Source: Vicugna vicugna (Eukaryota). Taken from it: a stretch of DNA of 45,373 nt. The notes under the pieces are model-generated. The model made no database searches, was not told the origin of the DNA, and saw only the letters and a program-made list of their open reading frames with translations. The DNA is taken from positions 7,298,716 to 7,344,088 of the forward strand of contig MU058337.1 of the NCBI GenBank assembly GCA_013265495.1, written 5' to 3'. Of the stretch, positions 22,728 to 35,720 are shown one piece after another (the stretch's first letter is position 1; each line of letters starts with the position of its first letter). The position numbers and the translations under genes are program-made.

Positions 22728-25700
22728 TGTGTAGGGTCACCTTCAGGGAACGGGCATCAGCAGAGACCAGCAGCACACAGAAGGGCGTTACCACCAAGAT
22801 GCTTTCAGTCTTAGAGAAAATGCCAGCTCAGAAGGTTCCAAGAGTGTGCGTTTCCTATGTGGCAGAAATCCCAGAAGAAGGGCAGCTGCAGGTGGGGACA
22901 GCGGCTGGTCAGCAGTGCTGGGGGATCTGGGCTCCTCCTGTCCTCTCTCATTGCAGTCCTCGGGGTCTGACTCTGCCTGTGTGTGGATACACGGCTCTTC
23001 TTTCCTGGAAGAGTTTCTTAAGGCTCAGGAAGCCTTTCGCAGGTGGTGCGGGCACCTTCCCTCAGGTTTCACTCATCAGAGCTGGGTCACAGTCGCGACA
23101 GCCCCTGGCGGGGGTGGAGGGGTATACAGGGCCACCTCATTGGCCCCCACCAGGCAGGAGTTACTGCGAAGCTAGAAGAAGGGTGGGCTTCCCAGAGTCA
23201 CAGAGTTGGGGGAGGGAGTGGGGTTGGTTGAGTGGCTCAGCCAGCAGTGCCTCTGACAATGAGTGCTCCTGGCAGGTCCTGCCCATGAGGGCTGATGTGT
23301 CCATTTCTGGAGTAGCCACTGTGCCAACACCATCTTGCAGAATCCGGCATCTGCTTACACGCCAGCATTCCCTGTGCACGTGGCCAGTGAGGTCCCACCG
23401 GGAGTTTGGGCAAGTTAGCCGGACAGAGAACCTGCAGGCCCCTGGCCCAAGGGCACCATGTCACACTTGCTTGAATCTGAGGCTGTTTGGTGTCATCTTC
23501 AAAGGACCATATGGTCCTAGTGTTGAATTCTTACTTACTGCCACCTTAATTCTCAAGTAGTCCAACAGCAGAAATTCTTGCTTCGCACGTGTAAAGTGTT
23601 TTATTTTCTCTCTAATGCATACATGATGTTCAACTCTGTAGCTCTTGTGTGTCGAGGGCCTGAATTTGAATGTGCTTCAGTAGCTCTGGCCACTCTGACA
23701 TAGATCCAGACGCCTGGCCCATGCCTCAGCGGCAAGAGCTGGCTGTCACACGAGCCCTGCGGGCCAGCCCTGTCCCTCCCACACCTTTGCTTTCACCCCG
23801 TCTCTGCCAAGAATCCCAGTTGTGTTCTGTGGTCCTGTGGCTTTCCTTGTCAGCGCCACCTGCCTTATTGCTCTGTCGTGGATGGGTCTGCGGTCGCCCG
23901 TGTATTCATAAAACTCTTTGTGAGTAGATGGCCCCCCTCCTTTCTTTGTATGCTTGATGCACAGACGACTAAACAGAATTCTGATTTCTGTTATTCACAT
24001 TACTGTGATGGCATCAGATATCTTCAGGCATTTCTTTGAAAGAAAGGGTTTTTTTTATTGAAAAGAAGGACATTGTGGTATGATGTGCAGTAAGACATAC
24101 ACAGACAGCTTTCTGGCTGTGCGGTTAGTCAGGAAGTGCTGATGTTTGGTATTGGGTGTCTGTTGACTTACTGCAGGTTGAATTGCTAAAAGCAATTTGT
24201 GTAACCTGTTCAGTAAACCAAGCACTGTTACACTGGATTAGGTATTTAACTTCGTTTACTGGGTGTTGATGATTTTTCCTTGACTTAGTTTGAGACTGGC
24301 TTTCTGATTATATGCTTCAGTTGTGTCTAACGACTTTTCCCTCGTTATAAATAGGAATCAGCGGAGATTGGTCAATGGCAAGGTTGGTTATAGACCAGTG
24401 CTTATAGAAGCTAACCACTCACAGTTTTTTGTTTATATCTAAGCCTTTTCTCTTGCTTTTAGCCAAGGCTGGTATAGAGTGCCGCATGGATTTTGGAGTC
24501 ATTATTGGTCACATTTTTTTAAACAGGTATGATGAGGTGGAGTTCGCTTGTGTTGAAATGTTTGTTAGAAAACATTGGTTCCTTAAAAGTAATGATCAGC
24601 TGTTGTCTGAGAAGGAAATGTTACCACGTTTACTTTCTGCGCGGAGGCGTGGCGTCGAAGACCTCTTGCGTTTCTCTCATCTCCTTTATCACTTACCTAG
24701 GTGCATCTGTATTGCCGGGCACTTTGTGTTTTGAAAGTTGAGATCCATTCAGAGGCTGACAGACTTGTCCGTAGGAGAAAGAGGGCAGAAATGTGCCAGA
24801 TGCAAAACCACAATGATTTCTTTGATTGCAGGGACCTTTGGGCCAGCTTGCGGTAAGAACTTGCCTTTAGAAGATCCTTTGGTTCCCATCAGTGTCTCCC
24901 TCTCCTCAAAGGGATGGCAGCCCGATGGACAGTGGGCACATGACCCCAACATGGACAGACTTCCACGGAGGTAAGCTGCTGTCAGTGCCGCCCAGAGAGA
25001 CCTGTGCCTTCCTCATCATCCCCAGGCTCTGCCTCCACCCACACCTCGGGCACATGTGTCGGAGGCCCTGAGGCTTACTCTGTGTTTCCAGCCAGGGCCA
25101 GGGTTCTGCCGCGTCACATCTGCAGGGCTCAGAGATGAGTGGAGCGCCAGGCAGCTGTGGCTGCACCTCCTGGTGGAGGACAGGAGGTCCTGGGATGATG
25201 GTCTTGAGCCCATGGTCAGCCCTTCATGGCTCTGTGTCTCACTCACTGCACATTGGGCTCAGTGCTGGTCATTGTGAGCCATTGTTGCCATTTGGGGACA
25301 AGTTACACAGAGTCTGTTTCCCTTCTTGCTTGTATCAGTGGAGACACTTCTGATGGGGTTGCCGAGTCTGGTGCCAGCGTGTGCAAATGACACAGACGAA
25401 GCCCTGAACTTTTAGGATGTATTGCTCCAAATCTTGACCCAGGGAAAGCATGATAGACCAGAAGCCTGCGTTTCTCTAGACGGCGGGTCACGGTCTGGAC
25501 AGGCTTGATTGTTGTTGGCTGTGTTGCTTTGTTCTTCAAGAAATGGATGTATCAGAATCAGTTAGCCTGTTTCTTAGCAGATTTTTTGTTGTTTTGTTTT
25601 TGTCTTTAAGAGCTTAGGTTTTGGGGTTCAAAAGAGGAGAAATTTTAACTTGTCTCCTTGGGAAAATGTGCTGAGAGTAAAGTTTCAGTTGTACTGTTGG

Positions 25701-28560
25701 AATGTCAGACTTTGCAAGGTGAAGTATGGTTGCTGAGAGAAATGGATTTGAACACAAGTGTCATCTTGCTCACTTTGTTACTGGACCTCACAGCGCCCTT
25801 TCTGACGGTGAAGAGAGTGAGCTGCTGTTGCAAGACTGCTGGCCGCGCAGGTCGGAGGAAGCGGGGTGGTTTTGGTGTTTGCATGGCTGTGTCCTCAGCA
25901 CGAGAGGGGCTGCTGGGGCCTCTGGTCAGGGAGAGTCATTGCAGGGTTTTAGTGAGGGGCAGGCAGGCACCTCACTGTGAACATTTCCTTTATGACAACT
26001 TTACTCATTTCTACAAAAGGGAAAATCTTCATTGTCAACCCCCCCTTTCTTTGTGGGGAGGGGGTGATTTATTCTGACCCATTAAGATCATCCTGACTGT
26101 CGTAAGGATCTCCTCTCAGAGTCAGGGGCACTGCTGGGAGCTGTGCCCTTGTGAGGCTCTGGCTAGTGTGGAGATTATCAGGGAGATTATCTCCTGCTTC
26201 TTACTTGCTCTGACTTTCTGGGTCTCCCATACTGTGTTTACTTTCTAAGAGGCGCATTCAGACACCTGCAATCCCTTGCTCTTTCTTGCACGGACCGTGC
26301 GAACAAGGCGGCGGCAGGTGGCCAGTACAGACTGGACTTCGTGTGATAGCAGGAGGTTGTGAACTCAAGGTTATTGCGTGAATTTAATCTGGCTTCACTC
26401 CTTGGTTTAATAATGCTTGATATTACTTTTTCTGGTTTTAATCAAGTTTCTGCCTCTATTTCATTTTTGGGAAACTAGAACTGGTCCATGGGAGTAGCTG
26501 TCAGCAGGCGTGGCGCGTCCTTCGTCTCTGGCTCTGTGTGTCTTCTTTGAGCAGATGATCACTGGGTCTCTGAGCCTCTGCTGGGTGTGTCACAAGTGTG
26601 CAGAGTTGTGTCTATCTGTAACTTGTTTCTAAAAAGAGTCTCTTGGCAAACTGGGATCTGTTTAGCAGTTGGGTTTAGGACTGACCCCTAGAGCACATTT
26701 AACTAGTGTTTACGTGGGCCGTACTGAAAAAATGCATGGAAAGTATTTCCAGTATATTTCGTGAGGTGTGTGAGCCTTAGTTACTTGGGACGTGAAGTGT
26801 CTTTCCCCACAGGTAACCCTCACAGGGATTTGCTTTTTGAACGTTGTTAGTGGGATTTCATGCATGTGAAGAAAGTACTTGGGCCTCTGAGTGCTGCCCT
26901 CTCCCTCCAGTAGCATGTTGTGACTGTGTGTTGAAGTCGCCTGTGTTGGTGTCTGAAGGTCACCCTCTCTCTTGATCCTAAGACCCAGTTTCTGGGTCTC
27001 CAAGACCTCGCGACAGGTCCCTCTGTCCCTCCTGCGACCACCTGTCATGACACACTGATCTCTGTGCCCCCAGAGCCCCGCTGCCCTTGCCTCACTGGCA
27101 AGGAGGGCAGGGGAGGGCTCTGCACCTGGAGCGGCTCTGGTTAGTGAGGGGCAGGGGTGGGGTGTCAGGGCTAGGGCAAGGCGGGGCCATGGCCTCCTGG
27201 ATCCATTCTTCAGAGTTTCTCCAGCGCCGGCTGAGGATTTTCAGCCAAGACAGCAGCTCAGAAGAAGGAAGGAGCCTTGACTGGCTTTGGAGACTCGGGG
27301 AGAAGCCCGGGTGACCACACCTCTTGAGACAGAGGGTGAGAGGATGGGGAGATGCTCTTCACAAAGACTGAACTGAAGAAGGAGAAGACAAGCCAGGCTG
27401 GGACTTGGGGAGCTGCCTCACCCACTGCTTAGCTGTTTAGTGGCGTGTTGGAGGTCAGATAAGTTAGTGTGAAGTGTGGTCCATCACACCAGTCAGTTGT
27501 CTACACGCACCCAAGTCCCCTCCTTTGTTATAAAGGTAGCGTGGTTTTCTGCTCCTGAATTAAAAAAAAAGTTACATTTGAAAAATTGACGGAGGTGATT
27601 TTGGCCTCTTTGCTGCCCTGGGGCTCTGGGAGTGTGCAAAGGGCCCCTTCGGGGGTCCTGCTCCCCACAGACCATGGCAGGGGCCCTGTGAGGCTGTGTA
27701 AGCGACCCCTACCTCCGCTCCTGAAAACCCAACTGTGTTCAGTCGCTTTGGTTAATTACAGACTCAAGAGTTTGAAACCACACATGAGATGTGAATGATG
27801 TGATGTAAATACTGTTGGAACCCTCTGTTGTTTCCTTTTCTTTTTTTTTTTTTTTTCTTGCATTCTCATTTCAAAGTTTAAGCAATAACTTGAATGAGCA
27901 GACTCTTCCTAGAGAGACAGTGTATTGGCTAGTCTGACACAGACCTGTTTTTTTATGCATGTTTTCCTTGCCTGTGTGGTAAGAAAAGGGGTGGGTGCTG
28001 GAGGACAGTGAGGTGTTTGACTTTCAAAGTCATCAAAAAATGTAAGCATCCCATGGTTCTCGTAAGTCTGAATAATGAAATTTGCCACTAATGTCATTCC
28101 CGCTGTGGTCAGACCTGCCCAGTCTTTGTCGGCTGAACCTCACTGCTACCATGCAACTGGGCTCCACGGACTGGCGGTGGTGGGATGGCTGGGAGGGTCG
28201 CAGACTGACTGGAGCTGCTGGCTTGCCTCAGGGACCGCTCTGAAGGGGCTTTGAGCTTAAGGTAGCATTTCTGGTTGAGTCCCGCTCTTGAAGATGTTAG
28301 TAGGTGCTGCCTGATGAAATGTTTGGGCACGTTGGGGCCAGTAGGTTTCTGTTACAGTATTCTCAGAGCTTTTGAGACTCTCTAAGGGAAGTTTAATGTG
28401 CAGCATCTCCTCAGTGTATTTCTTTGTGGGCCCTCCCCCCGCCCCCATAGCATACATTTCAATTCTACAAAGTCCCTGCGGGGTGCCTCTGGAAGTACTT
28501 CCCTAGTCGGCATTAGGAGGATGAGCTGTAGAAGACATCACATGTGGTTACGAAGGTGAG

Positions 28561-28590
28561 GCCGGAGATGCCGGAGATGCCAGAGATGCC
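28561..28590. repeat. 9-bp tandem repeat (GCCGGAGAT)x3.3
   Basis: GCCGGAGAT GCCGGAGAT GCCAGAGAT GCC. Confidence 0.9.
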
Positions 28591-29261
28591 ACGTTAGCGC
28601 TGAGTAACTTTCTGTGGCTCTCTTGCTGTTTTGCTTCCTTGAGAAAAGCATTTGTTAAAGTGTTGGTGGATTAAAAACTGGATGAATTGACAAAAGGACT
28701 GTGAAGCATGAAATAAAAGGCAGTTACTGAAATAGCATGTTAATGTTTTAAACAGTTTCACTTTTCAGTAAATAGTTTTCTGAGTGAAACTGGGGGATTT
28801 AGGAAAAATAAGCTGTAAAAAGTATCTGTGCATGTCTTTTGCGTAGGAAGCGCAAAATAATATTAGCACACACACAAAGGTTACAGAGCCGAGACCCATG
28901 GGAGGTTTAAAATCTTAATGAAAACAGAAACTATTGGGGGTTTGGGGGCATTTGATTAATATCACATTACCGCAAAATCTTTTTGTCTTGGTTTTTCTTA
29001 AAATCTTGCTAAAGAAGTTTCTAAGATTTCCTCTGCCCCAGCTGGGGTGTGGTTCGCTTTTTGCTCACTTAAGGAACACTTGAATATTAATAAGCCACTT
29101 TGTTTGGTGCGTGGAGTAGTGTGGGCCAGGCAGCGAGGACCCCTCACATCCGGGAAGTGTGACAGCCTTTTGCTTCCCGGAATTTCTAGTGTCTCCGTTC
29201 GACGTTCTGTACGTTGGTCACTGTTGGTGGTTGGCTCCCATTTCCTGCTTGGTCGTTGCGC

Positions 29262-29425
29262 TCTCATCTAGTCCAAGCCTTTAACTACCACCCGAGCTCC
29301 CAGATCTCAGTGCCTGGCCCCGACCCTCCCTAGGCCTCGGATCCCACTTAGAGAAACAGCCGCCTGAACGGCTCCCCAAGAATGACCCCGGGAACTCATG
29401 TCCAGCCTGCCCTCTGATGAGCTCG
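29262..29425 (+). mobile_element. L2 fragment
   Basis: CTCATCTAGTCC...TTTAACTACCA...CTCCCAGATCT...CAGCCGCCT resembles the L2 RT-region consensus. Confidence 0.55.
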
Positions 29426-30324
29426 GTCTCTGTAGTCACAGGGGTCGGTGGGATGTCCTTATTTAATCCAGGGGCCGTAACTTAGAGCAGGAACACACTG
29501 GGGGACTTTGAAAACTGCAGGTGCCCCATTCCACCCCTGAATGGGGATTTCGGGGATTTCGAACTGTGTTCGTGAGCAACCCAATTTAAATTCCTGAGGC
29601 GCAGGATCCCCCATCAGCCGCGCATCAGAGATGCCTTAGAGATGTGCTCAGGCTTTAAAAGGGTGAACCGGTCAAGAACGTTAGGCCTTTAATTGAAGCT
29701 GTTTTCAAGGGGCCAGTGTCGGAGGCCCTCATCAGGTCACCAGTGGTCTCCAGGAGACAGTATCTGGAGATGGAGTTACCAGCGTGTTCTCCACCAGCGG
29801 CTGTCTGGGGTGGTTGGCCTCACGGCTTTCCTTCCCGCCCGCGGGGCCCTGCAGGCAGCTGGAGCTGGAGCAGGGAGCCCTCCTACCTCTGACGGGAATG
29901 TAGGCCCCTCGTTCAGCCCTGGCTGGGAGGTTCCAGTATGCCAGGTGGGCTTGGGGCCTGCAGAGGGGGCTCCGGTGTCTCAACTCCACACGGCTCATCC
30001 CCCGTACAATCTCGCTGGCGTCATGGAGGATGGAGGGGACCCGAGGAGAAGCCTCCTCGGTGGCCTGCCCTCTAGAGCTTCTCTGCGTGCCTGGCACCCC
30101 CACCTCCTCCGGGACCTGGCGGGTGTGTGGGGACCTCTTCCATTCAGTCCAGTTCCCCAGAGGTCTGGCCTCGTAATTGGAGGTGAACGGTGTGAGACTG
30201 GACAGTCGGTTTTAGCTTCTGATGTGAGGCACCCTAGTTTTCTGGGGGCACCATCACTGTTTCTGTGGCATGGAAGGTAAAATGAAGGGACAGAAAACAC
30301 TGGCGTCTTATTTCCTTTGATCTG

Positions 30325-30441
30325 AGAGGAGGAGGGTGCAGCTCAAGTGGTAGAGCACATGCTTAGCGTGCACAATCCTGGGGATTGAACCCAGGACCTC
30401 CTCTAAAAATAAATAAACCTAATTACGCCCCCCCCCAATTT
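30325..30441 (+). mobile_element. tRNA-derived SINE (Vic-1-like) with internally inverted B-box arm
   Basis: Head GGAGGGTGCAGCTCAAGTGGTAGAGCACATGCTTAGC and tail AAAAATAAATAAACCTAATTAC-C run resemble the 9.1-kb copy. 17-bp TSD with 1 mismatch at 30308-30324 / 30442-30458. Confidence 0.88.
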
Positions 30442-33400
30442 TTATTTTCTTTGATCTGGAAGGGGCAGGAAGAACTGCGATAATGAATTCTGTGGCCCGT
30501 CCTCACCACGCCCGAGGAGGGCACCGGCAGATGGACACGGAGAACACGCGGTAGGGCCAGATGCGCCTGGTTTCTAACAGGAAGGGCAGGGAGGTGGCTC
30601 CAAGTGGGGCCCGGAGAGGACAGGCAGGAGCCGGCCCACAACCTCGCCTCCCTGGGGCCGGCCTTTGCCAGAACCTGGTGGAGTCGGGAGGAACCCGGAA
30701 GGTGCTTGTTGCTTTTAGAAACGCGCAACCCCACAGTTATACTCTATGTATGTTAAGACTTGGAAGAGAGAGTGGATTGTGTGCCAGGAAATGACATGAT
30801 TTGTCCATTTTATTTTCTGTTTGTGATTCCTCTGGGTTGTTTTCTTAGGTTTCTGACTTGTTATTTTAAACACAGTTGATTTCAGAGTTATTTCCAAGTA
30901 TCTGCCCTGTTTCCATGCTGATTCTATGTTTGCTGTTTGTTGCCTTCAGTTAATTTACTATATTCCCTAAAGCGAATGGGTTTGGAGTTGCTGATTCCAT
31001 TTAAGTGACGTGAATATAAGGAGTCTTTGAAAAGAGGAAATTCGTGCAAGTTTTAATAATCACGCTCAGACGCACGGCTCTTTAAGACCTCTTTGAGTGG
31101 CGGTTTCCCAGGTGTTGGACTTGTTTGTTTGTTTGGTGGCGGGGGAGGCCTAGCGTTCTTCACAAACAGCCAGATCAGTCCACAGCCAGAGATGACCAGC
31201 GGTGCCGGCCCAGAGCAGAGCCTGTCTGGGGACTTAGAGGGTTTGAGTCCACGGATGCTGTGTTGTTCAGTTGTTGGCTTCTGGTCGCCTGGAGAACTGG
31301 CAGCAACAGCCGGTCCCGTGTTCCGCAGCTGCGCGAGGGACAGCTTTTCCCTCGCTTGGCAGCCCAGCCTGCTGTCTGCTGTGGAGATGAGGTCAGGCCT
31401 GATTCCCCTTCTCTGAGCAGTAAACTAAAGCCATTTCCTGGAGTCTGCAGCTAGATTCTAAGTGTGCTCCCTGCAGCTCGTCTGCCTCGTCAAGTCTTGG
31501 AGGCGGTACTCGTCACTCCCAGTGTGGATGGAGCGGAGGATGCCTGTGTCCCTGGTGAGCCTGCCCGCTGCCCCAGGGCTAGCAGAGCTCTCCTCTCCCT
31601 GCAGTAGTGGTGCTCGTCTGCACAGCCACCCACCAGGTGGGGCAAGCCCCCGCCCCCTCCATGTGCACCCCCTCGGTGGTGGCCACCCTCCCAGCCTTCC
31701 TTGGCCATTTGGAAGTCATCTGCCGCATTCCCCTGTGGCCTGGAGCAGCTGCAACTCCTGGGAGAGGGACAAGAACATCTGTTTTCTCTGAGAGCAGTTT
31801 TTAGGACACGAGCATCTGTCCCTGCGTTTCTGGGAAAAATAGAAACGACACTTGGGGCCCTTTGTATCAGACTCCAGGGTGACTGCGTAGAAGCAAAACA
31901 ATGTACTTTTGGGTGGACCACACTGATCCACAAGTAAGTCTTGCTTTGAAATCACAAGGGGATACATTTCATTTCACAATCAGTCACGGGGGAAATAATG
32001 GCAGGCTCAGTGTCAAGGGTAATAGAAAACTTTGGAACGTTTGGGAGAATGGGGACTGGATCCCTTCCCCTCTCCCGAACACACTGTCCTGGTGTGATTG
32101 AAGAAAGTCCCCGAAGACATCTGGCAGCCCTGTTTTATGTTTTTCTATCCAGAAAGTTGAATGGATTAAAATCCCAATTAGGCTAAATATTTTACTTCAC
32201 CAAAAGGATACTCATCTCTGTTTTCTGGCTAGTGTTACCTACAATTTAAAGTAAGTATTAGTTGTATTTTCTAGTTCTTTTTGCCTCAGCATGCATGTTC
32301 TGCATATTTAAACTTTCGTCTGGAGTATCTAAATGCAGCTGATGTATTTAGAGAAAATAATTATGCCAAATGCTTTCTTTTCTAAAACTTCTGTATTTCT
32401 AAGTAAATTTATTTTAAGAAATTGTATCGTATATGAGATCACAAATCTTACATAGGTTATGTAATGAGGAAGCTGCTTGCTGTGTAATGAAAGAAAAGAC
32501 TTCTTCCCGGCGAGGGCGGTGAACTCTTCCTCACCCAGTAGTTCGTGCAGCACAGCGTGACTTCTAGGCACGTGGGTGAGTAAAGTAAGTGGACGGACTG
32601 CTGGAACCAGGGCCTCTTATGCACCCTGTCTGGGGGCCGCACGTGGTCATGGCCGTTACTGACTGACCGTGGCTTGTAGTGGGCAGAGCGAGTGGGCTGG
32701 CTCTTTTCTAGGCGTCTGCATTGGACTGCGTGGACTTTTACATGCTGTGACGCTGTGACAGTCTTCTCGCCGAGGCAGGAGTGAGGCTGGGGTATTGATG
32801 GTGGTTCACGCCATGCATGGTTGGGTGTGGGGCAAGAAACGCGTAGCTCCTTGCCAGCCTCGGGGAGGGCGCCCTAATTCAGGTGCCGCTTGACTGTGTC
32901 CAGTAGCTCATCACTAACACTTACTCTGAATCAATACCATGTACTTGTATCTAACTTCATTCTGGAGTAGAACTGTGCAGAAAATAAAGGTGGGTGAGGT
33001 GTCCAGAACATTAGAAGGAAGAGCAGCAGAAGCGTCTCCTCGGTATAGTTCAGCTTCGAACAGACAAGTGCATGCAATGAAAAAGGCCCCTTACTTTGGA
33101 AGCTGTTTACCTTTAGAGGTATGGTAAATACCCTAAAGGGTGGACGTAAAAGTGTAAATATGAATTTGCCACCCATGCATTGAGATACAGCGTTTGTTAT
33201 TCATGGATTCACCAACTCCGTAAGTTGTCTTAACCCTGAGGCATCTCTTAAATTTGCAGAACACAGTAAAGTGTTCTTTCTCCGCCACATTCGCCCTTTG
33301 ACTTGGTCTTGTCTGATCTCTTCAGGCTCCCAGCCTGAAGTGATACTAAGTCCTCAGTAATCATTTCTTTTGGTTTTGTGGTTTTGTGATGGATATTTGT

Positions 33401-33689
33401 GACACATGCTGTGTAATGTTCCATTAAAATCCTCGCCTGTCAGAAGGACAGTCTTGTAATTATTAGAAATATTTCACTTTTGCAGGAGGAGTGCATTTTT
33501 AGCTTCTGACAACGATGGCAGACTTGTGTGACTTAGCAGGGAGTGAGCACTGACTGCTCTTTCACGAGGATGGATTTGAGTGGTTAAAGGAAAGTGCTCC
33601 TACGTTGCCTCCCAGGGCACTTTGCCATGCTTCTGTCTGTTGCTTCTTTTCTTCTCCCTCAGATTCAGCTCATTTGTGAGTGTTTCCCT

Positions 33690-33827
33690 GATTTCCCCGG
33701 TGAGGGTCTTTAGGTTTTAGCGGAGTGTTCTTATTCACCTTAGTGTCTACCAGCAGTCAGCACAGGAACTTGTCATGAGCAGATTTCTTACTGCCTTGTA
33801 CCAAGTTTGTGTTGATGAAAGAGAATC
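33690..33827 (+). mobile_element. L2 3' end
   Basis: TCTTATTCACCTTAGTGTCTACCAGCA...AGCACAG...TTTGTGTTGATGAAAGAGAAT. Confidence 0.5.
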
Positions 33828-35074
33828 TTGGTACCCATCTAGGGAGACTTAATGTGTACGAACACACATGCGCACACAGTTAGACGGCAGCCCCTTCCAG
33901 GAGAGACACTCCTCTGACACAAACCCCAGGAAGAGCGTTTTAGGGAAGCTTCAGTTTCCAGTTTATTGCAGGACTCAAGGACAAATGTTCTTAATTGTGA
34001 TATGATGGAGCGGGGTGTGTGAATCCCTCAGGTCACAGGCAAACATTTTGTAAATTTATGTGCTTTTCAGGCGGTCAGATTAGAGTTCATTGGTGTCTGG
34101 AAGGAAACCAGGTAAGAACAGTTAGTTGCATGAGAACCATTTTCCTCCTCACTGGAATCCTGTAGAAGTTGCCTAGCGTCTGTGATGTTTGTTGCTGTGG
34201 TTCTTGCTGTTTAGATTCCAGACTCAGCATTAAGTCTGGATTTGAGCCCCTACTGCTCCCCTTCCCTGTGCCAACCAGGTCTCTGACTCTATAAAGTGGG
34301 AAGAGGCTGATTACCTAGAGTCACACCAAGCACTCTTTCTGGAGCCTTTTGGTGAGCTCTGGGGCTGCTGCTGGCACCCTGTGAATGGTGCTGGGCCCCG
34401 CCTGTGGAACCAGGACAGGGACATGCGAGGTTCTGGGCTGTTCGCTCGGGAAGCCTGCGGCCACTCTCCCATATTGAAGGAGGCTGTGGCCTCCGCTCTC
34501 CCGTCTTCAGCCAGTACCCTGGTCCCAGCCAACTGGGACCCTGGTGTCAGGGGGATGAGAGGTGGCCTGGAAGGGCAGCAGCTCTGGCTGTGTTCTGGTC
34601 TGTAAGGTTTCTGCCTATGACACAGAGGAGGGGTCAGGTCCCCCGAAGGCACTGTGGACCCGGCCGTCTAGCAGACAAGCTGTGCTGAGCCAGTCCCAAG
34701 AATTAGTGGGAGGAGGGCAGGTGGTGGTAGAAAAAAGATGAAAAAGTTTTATGTGTTATGGAGACTCTCACACTTTATAGTCATTTCCAAAAGCTCCCCT
34801 TTCTTTACATTAGATGACAACCCCCTGTCCCAGGAAGTGCCACATCCCTCACATGTAGAGATGCACCTCCCTCCTCCTCCACTGGTACCTTTTCCAGGTG
34901 CTGGTATTAGGTTGTGATGTCATGAGAAGTCCAGTGCCTCAGGATGGTTGCTGGAATATTCTGTTCTTCCAAAATATTCAAGGGCAGAATCATTTGCTTG
35001 CCTGCCTGCCTGCCTTTATCTTTATATGGATATTTTTAGAGGAGGTTAATTGATTTGTTTTTTTCACCAACTCC

Positions 35075-35720
35075 TTTTTTTCTTTCTTGAGTAAATGTTA
35101 GTTCATACATTACAGAGAAATTGTCTATTTCATTCTAGATTTTCAAACTTACTATAATAAACTAATGTGATCTGTTCTGTTTGTGTTTAAAAATGTTTCC
35201 ATCTCTAATCTTTTTATTGCTATATTTGCAAATGAGTGTTAGCTATTTTTTCTTAATTATAGTAGCTGAAGGTTATCTGTTATTTAAAGAATAAAATGGA
35301 TTTCTCATTCTAAACTTTTCCATTATGCATGTGTCTTTATTCTTTGTTTTCCTTAGGTTTCCTTCTTTTCCCTTCCATGCTAACTTCGTGTTGAACACGT
35401 AAAATGTCTTCCCTCCTCCCTCCCTCCCCTACCCTCCAGGCTCCCTCTCTCCTCCCTCCCTCTCTCTCTTTTTTGGCTTGGTAATGAAAATATATAATGC
35501 TCTGTTTTTCTCTGAATAAATCTTTGGCTGTATTATATAGCTTTTGGAGTGTGTAGTGTTTCCAATATTTTTGGCTAGTTTGTAGTGATGATTTAGACTT
35601 TTTCTAAGGATTTGATTCGATGATTTTGAGTTGATTTGCTTCTCTTTGTGCCATTTCAGGTTTATAGCTCAGTGTCATTTTTAGCTGGTGTTTGCACGTG
35701 GTGGCCTTTCTCCTGGTCTG
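35075..35720 (-). mobile_element. Highly decayed L1ME-like fragment with a CT-rich low-complexity insert (35410-35470)
   Basis: T-rich block with AAATTGTCTATTTCATTCTAGATTTTCAAA, typical of antisense old L1 ORF2. Confidence 0.5.

Noticed and set aside
22727..23560. 277-aa ORF, the longest in the track
   Set aside because: No recognisable domain, low-information composition, GC-rich intron. Consistent with a chance ORF.
26286..26303. Short inverted repeat GCACGG-A-CCGTGC
   Set aside because: 6-bp arms are expected by chance in 45 kb.
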